A DNA stretch of 63,939 bases, filler included, from Conidiobolus incongruus B7586 (lineage: Eukaryota), in NCBI GenBank assembly GCA_000697335.1. It is 12 parts of 12 records of this genome, joined end to end, with 100 filler letters (N's around TTAATTAATTAA, not from the genome) between each part and the next. Parts side by side here need not be neighbours in the genome. Positions count along the whole stretch, not along the records: positions 41,117 to 43,267 come from JNEM01006464.1; positions 43,368 to 44,716 come from JNEM01006465.1; positions 44,817 to 46,335 come from JNEM01006467.1; positions 46,436 to 47,869 come from JNEM01006468.1; positions 47,970 to 49,568 come from JNEM01006469.1; positions 49,669 to 51,919 come from JNEM01006470.1; positions 52,020 to 62,794 come from JNEM01006474.1; 5 more parts are not named here. One strand, written 5' to 3'. Below, piece after piece: positions 41,117 to 53,661 of the stretch (within the stretch, counting starts at the first letter, position 1; the number at the start of each line of letters is the position of its first letter). Made by a program: the position numbers and the translations under genes. The notes beneath the pieces are model-generated. The model searched no databases. It was not told the origin of the DNA and saw nothing but the letters and a program-made list of their open reading frames with translations.

Positions 41117-41450
41117 CAGAACATGGTAATATAATGTGGCTGTAGCATGCAAGTGTAAACAAAGTTTAATTAAGCTTCAAACTAGGATGAGTCACCAATA
41201 TATTAAGATTTATATTAGGTAGTGCCAATATCCTACAATATTGACAGAATATAGTCTCAATCTTAGAAATAGTGTAAAAGTAAAAAATAGTAAGAATTGA
41301 GAGGAAAAAAGAGGAACCTAGTTTATTAGATAATTTAATACTATTTATACAATTAATTTAACTACATAAGTATAAATTAATCATATAATTTATAGTTAAT
41401 TGGATTATATGAAAGTGTATATAAGAATTTAGAGAACTAGTCTCTTAACA
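41117..41450 (-). mobile_element. LTR fragment (TGTTAAGAG family)
   Basis: Near-identical reverse complement of 63599-63930; terminus ...CTCTTAACA. Confidence 0.85.
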
Positions 41451-41572
41451 AATAACAAGATTTAAAATTAATTTAAGTATTTAAATAATTTTATTTTATA
41501 TATATAAAATATTTCAACAATAAATTAGGGTTAAATCTAATATATTATTTATTTATTTTATAATTAATAATA

Positions 41573-43141
41573 TATTAACCTATAAAAATGAATTATAAAA
41601 TCAAAAATATATATATTTTAATAAATAACTAAAACAATTATATATATTAAATTACTTGAAATTATAATATATAATTAAAATATATTATTTGATTATAAAT
41701 AAATATATTTAGATATATTTAATAAATTATTAGCATAAATATTAACCTTTAATATTTAACTAAGATAAGTTATAAATTTACAGGTTTTTAAGATAAAGGG
41801 ATATATTTAATAATATATAATCATATCTTTTTTTCTCTTTGTTATTATTTTATATAATATTTTACAGATATATTAAATTTTTTTAATAATATTATTATAC
41901 TTAAATCCCTCTCTAAAAAAATCTATTTGTATATTAATCAACTTTATAAAGAAAATAAATTAACTGATGATATTGCTAGAATTATTAATGTTAGCTAGTT
42001 TACTATAGTTAAAACTATTAAGAATAGCAATAAAAACATATTTAAACTTAAACTTAAATATGTTAAAATCATAGATAAATATAATAAGAAGTATATTTAT
42101 AAGTTAGTTAATATAAGTAAATATAGTATTATTATAAAAATTTAACAAAAAATATAAGACTATATAAGAATATTAGTTAACACTAATATTATTATATATA
42201 TTTTATATTAGTATAGATATTACTTATACTTTAAGAAAAAATACCCCTAATTAAAGAAATCCTATTATAAAATTAAATGGGAGTTTAAATGTCACTATTA
42301 ATATTAAATTAAAACTAATTAAAATAAAGTTATTTAATCTAATAAAATAAAAATATATTTTAATAAATTTAATAGAAAAATTAAATACTTTAAAAAAATA
42401 TAAAACTACTTTATAACTATTGTATTAATTTTACTTAAAAGTATAATAATAAATTAATTATTATTTAAGAATATATGTTATCTTTAGGTATAAAGTATCT
42501 TTGTAAAGTTAATAGGGGAATTAATATTAAAATATATTAAAATATTCTAAATAATAAATCAAAAAAAATTATTAAATAATATAAGTTAAACAAATCTAAT
42601 ATTATTTTCTAGTAAAATAATACCTCTTGTTATATTATAGCTTTTATTACCAAATAATTTAAAAATAATAAGATAATAATTATAAAATAGCTTTTTTAAT
42701 CTTTTAACCTTAATTTAATTAAATATCTTTAGGATTAGTTAAAAAAAGTTATTAAAGCTTTCCCCCTAGCAAAAAATTTAAATCAGCTTTAAGAATATAT
42801 TTAAGAAGTATAGAACAAGATTAACCTTTTTTAGTGTAAAAAGTTAGTTGATTCTATACCCCACAAACTTAAAGAAATTAAAAAAGTTAAAAATAAATAT
42901 ATTAAGTTTTAATTTTTTTTATCATTAAAAACCTACAAATTTATAACTCACCTTAGGTAAAATTTAAAGATTTATATTTTAACTAATTAATAATTAAATA
43001 TCATCATTTAATGATATATATAGTTAATAAATATAATAGATTTTAATTATTTAATTTAAGTTTATTTTATTAAATATTAATCAGGTTATTAGTAAAAATA
43101 TAAGTGTTTTTGATTTTATAACTTATTTTTGTAGGTTAGCA
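41573..43141 (+). mobile_element. Full-length (~1.57 kb), heavily mutated Tc1 DD34E element (subfamily 1)
   Basis: TA-flanked TIRs at both ends; colinear with the 31620 copy, with many extra C>T/G>A changes. Confidence 0.92.
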
Positions 43142-43367
43142 TAGTATAAACTATTATTAATCATTATTTAAAATAATAATAAAATTATCTAAATAAGGAT
43201 ATTATTTAATAAAAACTAAATTATATAAGTTAATATATCCAAATAATATTTAAAAATAATTTTATATNNNNNNNNNNNNNNNNNNNNNNNNNNNNNNNNN
43301 NNNNNNNNNNNTTAATTAATTAANNNNNNNNNNNNNNNNNNNNNNNNNNNNNNNNNNNNNNNNNNNN

Positions 43368-44716
43368 AATATTACTATAGAATCAAAGAAATAAGAAATT
43401 TTTTAATTTTTAATTTTTCAAACAAATTATTAATTTTAAATAAAAAAAATATATACAAAACAAATAAGAAAATAAATAGTTTTAAATTATATATATAATA
43501 ACTTTTTTAATTAAAGAAATAATTTTTTAAAATTAGTTATTTAATTTAATTATATTTAAACTAAATAATAACCATCAAAAGTTTGTATTTTAGTATTAAT
43601 AAAACATAACTATAAACCCTCTAAAATCATTTAAAGTTTACAAGCAGCTTTTGATAATAAAGTATTATCTAAATTAATAATTTATTGCTAGGTAAATTAT
43701 TTTAAAACTAAGAGAGAAACTACCTAAAACCTGTTAAAATCCAAAAGACTAATTTTAACTGTTACTCTTTTAAATATTAATAAAGTAAAAAAATATATTA
43801 AAAAATACCTTTTTATTTCAGTTAAAGAATTATCAAGATACTTTAATATTAGTTATATAAGTATTTTATATATATTAAATTTAAATTACAATTAATTAAT
43901 AAAAATACAAAATAGGTACCTTATAATTTAATTAAAGCTTAAAAAAAGTTAGAGTAGCTATTGTTAAACAAAACTTCTTAAGGTATTACTAGAAATTAAA
44001 GCTTTTACAGTGAATTATAATATTTGATGAATTTTAGATTCTTTTGTATAATCCTTTATCAAAATATAAATCAAGGTGTTGGATTAAGCTAAATTAACCC
44101 CCTCCACAAATTTTTTTAAATAAACACTTTATTAATAAGCAAATGTTAATTATTGTAATGGATTATAATAGCATATACTATTTTTATTTAGTTCTTAAAG
44201 GAAAATCAATTAATAATAAACTTTATATTTTTTTTTAAATAAAATTATTTCTAATTGGTATTCTCAATATAATTTGAGAAAACCTATTATTTTACATAAT
44301 AATTGCAAAATACATAAATTTAAAGTTATAAAAAACTTTTTAATTAAAAATAACTAGAAAGAAATACCATATCTAGTATATTCTTTAGATTATAACCTAT
44401 GTGATTATAATTGTTTTAGGCAATTAAAAAACTAGCTTACAGGAAAGAAAATTTCTACAAGAAAATTTAATTGGTTTATAAAACATTAAATTTCAGTCTT
44501 TAATAAAAAGAATTATTTTTTAGGTATTAGATCTTTACCAAAAGTATAATAAAAAGTTATTAGAAATAAAAGAAATTATTAATTTTATATTATATATTTA
44601 TTTTTATTTTTTATATATTATATTGCTTATTTTTTTTCATTCACAAAAAATTCCCATTATTTAAATTATAAAGTAATATTAAAATAAAAAACTTTTGATG
44701 ATTATTATTTAGTTTA
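43368..44716 (+). mobile_element. Mariner (DD34D) element with long TIRs, dead transposase
   Basis: Relic motifs K*VPYNL (WVPHEL), IIFDEF*ILLYNP, LHNNCKIH, PYLVYSLDYNLCDY (HPxYSPDxxPxDY); 34 codons between the second and third D positions; 44675-44716 is the inverse of ~43557-43598. Confidence 0.85.
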
Positions 44717-44816
44717 NNNNNNNNNNNNNNNNNNNNNNNNNNNNNNNNNNNNNNNNNNNNTTAATTAATTAANNNNNNNNNNNNNNNNNNNNNNNNNNNN
44801 NNNNNNNNNNNNNNNN

Positions 44817-46210
44817 ATGGGATATAGGTGTTCTTTATAATTATACTAATATCCTATTAATATTCCATACTTTAAAAGATATAAATCTATTATTAAGAAT
44901 AATAGGTAAAAGTTTTGGTTGGACATCATTTAAATTAAATAATAAACCAATCAAGGTATAAAAATATAATATAATATAATATAATATAATATAATATAAT
45001 ATAATATAATATAATATAATATAATATTAATTTAACTATAAATTATAAAATAGATTTATCTAAGGTTAACCTATATATTAAAAGTTATATCCTCTTAAAG
45101 AAGCTGGAAAGTACTAACAACTAGTAAAAGGTTATATTTAAAAAAGTTATCTTTAACCAAATTATTTAATTAGTTAAAAAAATTAAATACTAAAGATATT
45201 AAAGATAGTTTTAGAAGAGTTAGATTAAAAATTAAAGTTGTAAGTTAAACTTTAACTAATGTAAAAACCTATATTCAAAATAATAATATATTAAAATTAA
45301 ATAATATTCCAAATATTTAAATTTTAAAGGTAAATATTATGTTTATTTTATTATAATATCTTAATTTAATTTTCTTTAGATTACAAAAATAGACTTTTTA
45401 AATCATTTACAATATTTTTAAAATGCTACATATAATCAACAATTTTAGATTATTAAAAATTTATCTAAACTTTTTATTAAGCATTGTTAAATTTTAATTA
45501 ATTTATTTAATAATTTTAGATAGAATCTAGGTAATTAAAGAAGGATTAAACTAACTTTAACAGAAGATAAAGCTTGGTAGTTAAACAAATATATTAATAA
45601 CAATGATAAAATTATTAATATTAATATTGATAATTGAAATAAAATTTTAATTAAACAATTTGATGAATTTAAAGTTAATGGTTTATTATCATTTTTTAAA
45701 GAGTTTTGCAAAAGAAATAAGTTTTGGAAACAATTTAAACCAAATAAAAAACTTAGAGTTAGATGTACCTTATGTTTTAAAAGTTTTGAATCAGATTTTA
45801 TTGAAGAATAGTTTAAAGATATTATAAACAATTTGTTATTTTTATTATTTTTTTATTATTATATTTTAATATTAATAATTAATTATTTATATTTAGATTA
45901 TACTATTATTAATAATCCTTTAAAAAATATTAATGATTTACCTCTTAATTATTTTATTTAAAATCTTTAAGATATAGTTAATTTAATCCCTGTGATTCCT
46001 ACTTCAAAAGAATCAAGTGATGTTATTATTTAAGATGAATCTATTGAAAATAAAATTACTAAAATAGTTGATTAGTTTAAACCTAAATAAAAAATCAAAG
46101 TTAATTATAAGAATTAGTGATAGAGAAAAATTAATAGAATTTTAAGTGATAGATATTTAACTCAAAGTTTAGCAATTAAAGTGATATTAAAAATTTATAG
46201 AAAGAATTAA
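44817..46210 (+). pseudogene. Degraded intron-containing gene or transposase relic
   Basis: Coding-like stretches with stops, separated by GT..AG AT-rich segments; KLRVRCTLCFKSF CxxC motif near 45750-45790; contains an (ATAAT)n repeat. Confidence 0.35.
44966..45025. repeat. (ATAAT)n pentanucleotide microsatellite
   Basis: About 12 perfect units. Confidence 0.9.
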
Positions 46211-46880
46211 AAAAACTAAAATTAAACTAATTAAATAATTTTATTAATATATATAAAATAATAATTTTTTAAATTAATTTTGTTATAAAATTCATTTATT
46301 TATATTTTAAATTTTTTTTATAGTGGATATATTAANNNNNNNNNNNNNNNNNNNNNNNNNNNNNNNNNNNNNNNNNNNNTTAATTAATTAANNNNNNNNN
46401 NNNNNNNNNNNNNNNNNNNNNNNNNNNNNNNNNNNTTAAATTAATATAATTAAAATAATATAATTATTTTAAATTAATAGTTAATTATAAATGAATATTA
46501 ATTTTATAAATAATATAATTATAAATAATATAATTATAAATATTATAACTATATGTTAATTATTATAATTTTTGAGTATGATATTAATTTATAAATAAAT
46601 TTATAACATTGATTTTAATTATTATCTGTTAATAAAAATTAAATTTCTAATTGTCTATAATATATTATAAAATAAATTGATTTTTATTTAATAAATTGAT
46701 GATTAATTTATAATAATTAATTTTAAATTAATTTATTGTAAAAAATATATATATTATAATATTAAAAATTGAAAAAAAAGGTGATAAATATATTAGATAG
46801 TAATAATATTAAAAAAAGCTGTTAGTTTAGATATTCAAAATATATTTATTAATTTAATTGCTAAAAATATAATATATAAG

Positions 46881-47580
46881 TATTTTAACTAGGGTATATT
46901 GTATAGTATATTTTTATATTGAATTTTAAAAATATTAATTTTTTCTTTAAATATAAATAGGGTTTTTATAAGCTTAAAAAGGGTTATTTTTTTTACTATT
47001 TAAAATGCTTTTATCAAGGAATTATATTGATTTAAGCAAATTCTATTTTTGACTATAACTGGAGATTATGTTGTAATATATTTTTATATTGAATTTTAAA
47101 AATTTTAATTTTTTTTTAAATATGAATAAGTTTTTATAAGCTTAAAAAGGGTTATTTTTTTCACTATTTAAAATGCTTTTATTAAGGAATTATATTGATT
47201 TAAGCAAATTCTATTTTTAACTATAACTAGAAATTATATTATAGTATATTTTTATATTGAATTTTAAAAATTTTAATTTTTTTTTAAATATAAATAAGGT
47301 TTTTATAAGCTTAAAAAGGGTTATTTTTTTCACTATTTAAAATGCTTTTATTAAAGAATTATATTAATTTAAGCAAATTTTATTTTTAACTATAACTAGA
47401 AACTATGTTGTAATATATTTTTATATTGAATTTTAAAAATTTTAATTTTTTCTTTAAATATAAATAAGGTTTTTATAAGCTTAAAAAGGGTTATTTTTTT
47501 CACTATTTAGAATGCTTTTATTAAGGAATTATATTGATTTAAGCAAATTCTATTTTTGACTATAACTAGAAACTATATTA
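46881..47580. repeat. Tandem satellite, about 4 units of 168-170 bp
   Basis: The marker TA(A/G)AATGCTTTTAT recurs at 47001, 47169, 47338 and 47508; GCTTAAAAAGGGTTATTTT is in every unit. Confidence 0.93.
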
Positions 47581-47790
47581 TAACCTAACCTTAACCTTAA
47601 CTAACCTTAACCTTAACTTTAACTTTAACCTTAACCCTAACCTTAACTTTAATTTTAACTTTAACTTTAATTTTAACTTTAACCTTAACAACTTTAACTT
47701 TAACTTTAACTTTAACTTTAACTTTAATTTTAACTTTTAACTTTAATTTTAATTTTAACTTTTAACTTTAATTTTAAAAATTTAATTTTA
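47581..47790. repeat. Degenerate interstitial telomeric-type hexamer tract (TAACCC > TAACCT > TAACTT > TAATTT)
   Basis: 6-bp periodicity; one intact AACCCTAA at ~47633-47640; C content falls left to right. Confidence 0.8.
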
Positions 47791-47969
47791 ATTTTATATT
47801 TAATTATATTTTTAATATATTTAAATTATAATTTAAATATTTTTTAATATTATTTTTAATAATTTTAATNNNNNNNNNNNNNNNNNNNNNNNNNNNNNNN
47901 NNNNNNNNNNNNNTTAATTAATTAANNNNNNNNNNNNNNNNNNNNNNNNNNNNNNNNNNNNNNNNNNNN

Positions 47970-48142
47970 GAAAAAAGTCCTTGTTTATTTGGCAATGGTT
48001 CCCATTTTTATATGTAAAAGTTGGTGAGGGTTCAGAGGTAAAATCAGACAAGATAAGATCAAGTAGATAAAAGAGATAAGATAAGGTAAGCAGATATAAT
48101 TGACAGTGTCACAATAATAACAAAGTGATCTGATCTATGACA
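47970..48142. mobile_element. Probable LTR end (...TATGACA) abutting a Tc1 fragment
   Basis: Purine-rich, GC-elevated block ending in TGACA exactly where Tc1 homology begins. Confidence 0.45.
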
Positions 48143-48320
48143 AAAGGTTAATATTTTTGCTAATAGTTTACTAAATATATTTAAATATATTTATTTATTA
48201 TTAAATAATATACCTTAATTATATATTATAGTTTTAAGTAATCTAATATATATAATTGTTTTAGTTATTAATTAAAATATATATATTTTTGATTTTATAA
48301 CTTACTTTTATAAGTTAGTG
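48143..48320 (-). mobile_element. Left-end fragment of an inverted Tc1 (subfamily 1)
   Basis: Reverse complement of ~31620-31797; ends ...AAGTTAGTG|TA. Confidence 0.85.
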
Positions 48321-48329
48321 TATAATTAT

Positions 48330-48633
48330 AATATATAAATATAAATAAAGTTTAATTAAATTTTAAATTAAAATAAGTTACTAATATATTAAAATTTATA
48401 TTAAGTATTATTAATATACTATTATATTAATAAAGAGTAGTTTTAATTTTAAAAGTATTATAAAAGTAAAAAATAGTAAAAATTAAAAAGAAAGAAAAAC
48501 CTAGTTTATTAGATAATTTAATAATATTTATATAATTAATTTAATTATATAAGTATTAATTAATTATATAATTTATAGTTAATTAATTTATATGAAAATA
48601 TATATAAGAATTTAAAAAACTAATCTCTTAACA
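48330..48633 (-). mobile_element. Heavily mutated LTR (TGTTAAGAG family)
   Basis: AAAGTTTAATTAA, AACCTAGTTTATTAGATAATTT and terminal CTCTTAACA shared with the 41117 copy. Confidence 0.75.
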
Positions 48634-49568
48634 AAATCAATAGACTTTTTATATTAAAAAACTTTAATTTTATTTTATATTTTAATAATAAATTTTTATA
48701 ACTAGTTTAAATTTTTTATTAAAGGAAAAACTTTAATATTTTTTTAACTAATTTTAAAGATATTTAATTATAATTAAAAAATTAAAAAAATTATTTTATA
48801 ACTATTATTTTATTATTTTTAAATTATTTAGTAATAAAAGCAATAATATATCAAGAGGTATTATCTTACTAAAAAATAATATTAGTTTAGTTTAACTTAT
48901 ATTATTTATTTTTTTTAATTTATTATTTAATAAACTTTAATATATTTTAATATTAATTCCTATATTAACTTTACAAAGATATTTTATATTTAAAGATAAT
49001 ATATATCTTAAATAATAATTAACTTATTAAAATACTATATGGTAAAATTAACATAATAGTCATAAAGTAATTTTATATCTTTTTTAAAACATTTAGCTTT
49101 TTTATTAAATCTACTAAAGTATATTTTTTTTATTAAATTATATAACCTTATTTTAATTAATTTTAGTTTAATATTAATAATAACATTTAAACTCTTATTT
49201 AACTTTATAATAAGATTTTTTTTAACTATAGATGTTTTTTCTTAAAATATAAATAATATCTATATTAATATAAAGTATATATAATAATATTAGTATTAAC
49301 TAATATTTTTATATAGTTTTATAATTCCTGTTATATTTTTATAATAGTATTATATTTACTTATACTAATTAACTTATAAAAATATTTTTTATTATATTTA
49401 TTTATAATCTTAACATACTTAAGTTTAAATTTAAATATGTTTTTATTATTATTCTTAATAACTTTAATTATAATAAATTAACTAACACTAGTAATTCTAA
49501 TAATATCATAAGTTGATTAGTTTATAAGTAAATTTTTTTAGAAAAATATTTAAATAAAATGATAATAA
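48634..49568 (-). mobile_element. Internal part of an inverted, heavily mutated Tc1
   Basis: Colinear with 50740-51710 (e.g. CAAGAGGTATTATCTTACT, TTAACTTTACAAAGATA). Confidence 0.82.
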
Positions 49569-50450
49569 NNNNNNNNNNNNNNNNNNNNNNNNNNNNNNNN
49601 NNNNNNNNNNNNTTAATTAATTAANNNNNNNNNNNNNNNNNNNNNNNNNNNNNNNNNNNNNNNNNNNNATATTTAATTATTGTTATGACAATATTCAATT
49701 TGATTTAATATATTAAATTTAAATTTTAAATAAATTTTTAAATTAATATTATGATGATTATTATTAAAAGTTATAAATTTCATTATTTGGTATATTATCT
49801 ATATGTTAAAAACTAAGACATTTGAATTAATTTATTTGAAATAATTAGAATAATTCTTAAGATATTTAAATAAATAGATTGGAAAATTATTTATTAATAT
49901 TTTAAAATTGATTTTGAATGATTAAAATATTTGATTAGTTCTATTATAATAAAATTTAAAGAATTTAAGTAAAATAAAATAGGAAGTAAATAATATGAGA
50001 GTTTGAATTCAGAAATAAAAATATAAGAAATTATTCTATATAAATATAATATTCAGGATATATTGGAAGTTTTTTCAAAATATAAATTATTATATTATTT
50101 GATAAAATAATTTATATTTATTTTTTCCAAAAAATTATAAAAAAACCTATACTAAAGAAAATAAACATAAGCTAGGATATATATATATATATATTATCTG
50201 TCAGATTAAACTATATTATTTATTTAATTTTTTAGTGATAAATATATTAAAACCAAATATCTTCTTAAAAGTTCAAATGATAATTAAATATTTAAATATA
50301 TATTATATTATTATTTTAAAATTACTTATTATTTAAATTTATTTATATTTTATTTTTTATTTTAATATATTCAAATTTAAAGATTTTTATAATTTTAAAA
50401 AGATATATATTATTAAAAGCAAAATGTTAAAAAAAAATAAAAATATTGTA

Positions 50451-51919
50451 TACTAACTTGCAAAAGTAAGTTGTAAAATCAAAAACACCTATATTTTTAC
50501 TAATAACTTGATTAATATTTAATGAAATAAACCTAAATTAAATAATTAAAATCTATTATATTTATTAGTTATATATATCATTAAATAATGATATTTAGCT
50601 ATTAATTGGTTAAAATATATACCCTTAAATTTTACCTAAGGTGAGTTATAAATTTGTGGGTTTTTGGTGATAAAAAAAAATTAAAACCTAGTGTATCTAC
50701 CTTTAACTTTTTTAACTTCTTTAAGTTTGTGGGGTATAGAATCAACTAACTTTTTATACTAAGAAGGGTTAATCTTGTTTTATGCTTTTTAAACATATTT
50801 TTAAAGTTGATCTAAATTTTTTGCTAGGGGGAAAACTTTAATAGCTTTTTTTAACTAATCCTAAAAATGTTTAATTAGATTAAAGTTAAGAGATTGAGGA
50901 AGCTACTTTATAACTATTATCTTGTTATTTTTAAGCTATTTGGTAGTAAAAGCTATAGTATAACAAGAGGCATTATCTTATTAGAAAATAACATTAGATT
51001 TGTTTAACCTATATTATTCAATGGTTTTTTTCAATTCATTGTTTAAAATACTTTAGTACATCTCAATATTAATTCCCTTATTAACTTTACAAAGATACCC
51101 TACACCTAAAAACAACATATATCCTCAAACAATAATTGACCTACTATTATACTTTTGGGTAAAATTAATATAATGGTTATAAAGTAGTTTTGCATCTTTT
51201 CTAAAGTATCTAGCTTTTTTATCAGATTTACTAAAATATATTTTTGTTTCATTAGACTAAATAACCTTACTTTAATTAGTTTTAGTTTAATATTAATGGC
51301 AACATTTAAACACTTATTTAGTTTTATAGTGGGATTTCTTTAGTTAGGGGTGTTTTTTCTTAAAGTGTAAGTGGTATCTATGCTAATGTAAAGTATATAT
51401 AATAGTATTAGTATTAACCAATATTCTTATATAGTTTTATAGTTCCTATTATATTTCTACAACAGTACTACACTTGCTTGTATTAACTAACTTATAGATA
51501 TACTTCACATCATATTTATTTATAATTTTAGCATATTTAAATTTAGGTATAAATGTTTCTTTATTGCTATTCTTAACAACCTTAGCTATAGTAAACTAGC
51601 TAACACTAATAATTCTAGCAATATTATAAGTTGATTTACCTTTTTTATAAAGTTGATTAATACACAAGTGGATTTTTTAAAGAGGGATTTAGGTATAATG
51701 ATACTAATAAAAAGAATTTAGTATATCTGTAAAATATTATATAAAATAATAGCAAAAAGAGAAAAAAGATATAGTTATATATTGTTAAATATATCCCTCT
51801 ATCTCAAAAACCTGTAAATTTATAACTCACCTTAGTTAAATATTAAGGGTTAATATTTTTGTTAATAGTTTACTAAATATATCTAAATATATTTATTTAT
51901 TATTAAATAATATACCTTA
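50451..51919 (-). mobile_element. Inverted Tc1 DD34E element (subfamily 1), left end in gap
   Basis: TA|TACTAACTTGCAAAAGTAAGTTGTAAAATC TIR; reverse complement of the 31620/41573 copies. Confidence 0.92.
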
Positions 51920-52019
51920 NNNNNNNNNNNNNNNNNNNNNNNNNNNNNNNNNNNNNNNNNNNNTTAATTAATTAANNNNNNNNNNNNNNNNNNNNNNNNN
52001 NNNNNNNNNNNNNNNNNNN

Positions 52020-52188
52020 TAATAAAAAAAATAATCAAAATTTAGAGGGAAAAACAGTTTATTAAGTTTTAAAATATTATTTATATAATTAATTTAACTT
52101 TAAAAGTATAAATTAGTTATATAATTTAAGGTTAAATAAATTATATAAAAATATATATATAAGGATTTTAAAAACTAACCTCTTAATA
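52020..52188 (-). mobile_element. LTR fragment (TGTTAAGAG family)
   Basis: AAAAACAGTTTATTAA...AAGTATAAATT...AAACTAACCTCTTAATA matches the LTR end. Confidence 0.65.
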
Positions 52189-53331
52189 TCATTAATTTAT
52201 AAATAATATACTAAGTATAATAGGGTTGATATTATTAATTTATTATTTAATATTAGTTAATTATAATATTAGCTAACCTTTTCTCCAATACTTTTGTTGT
52301 GGGAAATTGATAAGTATTAATAACTTGCTATTGATTTTATCATCTAGTTATTTAACTTCCTTAAATTACTAAAATACTTACACAAGCAATTTTTAAAGCT
52401 ATTAAACTACTTATAAAATATAAATAAATAAAATTTACTTATCTTTAATAACTTTATAATTATATTTTTAAAGTATAATTTGATATACTAATAGATTCAA
52501 GGTTTTTATATTATAATATTATATATAATTAGTTAATATAGTATTATGTTATTTAAAAGAAATAATCATATTAAAGCAATTATCTATTTTTGTTCATAAT
52601 TTCCTTATTTGCATATAAACAAAAATAGAAAAACTATTAATATATTCATATTCATTAAAATCAAAAACATTTATTTTAAGATAATAATAAATTATTTTGA
52701 CCACTGGATAATTCAAATTAAAATCATAACAAGTTAAATGATAATAAAACAAAAAAAATTTCACAATGGATATATTTAAAATAACTTTAATATTACTAAT
52801 TCTCATTCTGATAACTGAAGAAAATTTTTATTAGACCTAAGGATGAATATAAAGCAATATTTTGAGGAATATATTGATATGTAATTTGTGGGATCAACTT
52901 CAAAGATATGGGTCTAGAGTTTAGGGTTTATTTATATTGGGAGTTATTAGGGATAAAGCAATAACAATATACTCAAGATTGGGAGGGGATTGTAAATGGT
53001 ATTATGGGGTATGTAATGGTGTTAGCAGTTTAAGGACTTACTAAGGTCCTTACTCATTCTGATCACATTCATTAACATTTAGTATTTATTTTAAAATTTG
53101 TGGTATATATGCCTTTCCTGATATATTTTTCTATCTCCCACCCTATATTACATCTCTCTACCAGTTTTCTCTAACCATATAACTTTATTCCAACATTATA
53201 ACGAATATAGTAATAAATATAGAATATTTGGCGAAGATTATTGAATTTTACTATAAACAAAATCTAGTTTCAAAATGATATAAGGGTAAACAATAGACTT
53301 GGATATTAATATAATTATCAAATTATTTTAC

Positions 53332-53661
53332 TAACACGAGTTGGGAAAGCCGAGTTCGGATTAATTTAAATACGAGAGATCTGGGGAATTCCAGGTAACT
53401 TTTAGTGACAGCAGGAGTTTATTGGTTTAAGGCAGATAGCTGGGAGGACCTAGATCGAGTTCATTCCCTGAATATAGCTCTAATTCCGGGTTTTATATTG
53501 AGTGAATAAAGTAAGGAGATTTATGGAGTTTTCCGGTGGCTTGTAACATCAGCCAATTAAAGGATAGAGCTGAAGTGGTTGCTCATGTGAGAAGGAAATG
53601 ACCCTTATGTTCAGTTAATGTAAGCATATTTAGTAGGAAAGCAGTCTTCTGACTCGTGACA
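53332..53661 (-). mobile_element. Solo LTR (330 bp), same family as 38725
   Basis: Minus strand TGTCACGAGTCAG...CTCGTGTTA; flanks TTAC/ATAC (4-bp TSD with one mismatch). Confidence 0.82.

Noticed and set aside
46881..47580. Regularly spaced repeats considered as a CRISPR-like array
   Set aside because: Whole units are repeated with no unique spacers; eukaryotic satellite
52880..53080. G-rich block resembling a solo LTR, containing one TTAGGG
   Set aside because: No convincing paired termini or TSD; a single hexamer is not a telomere tract
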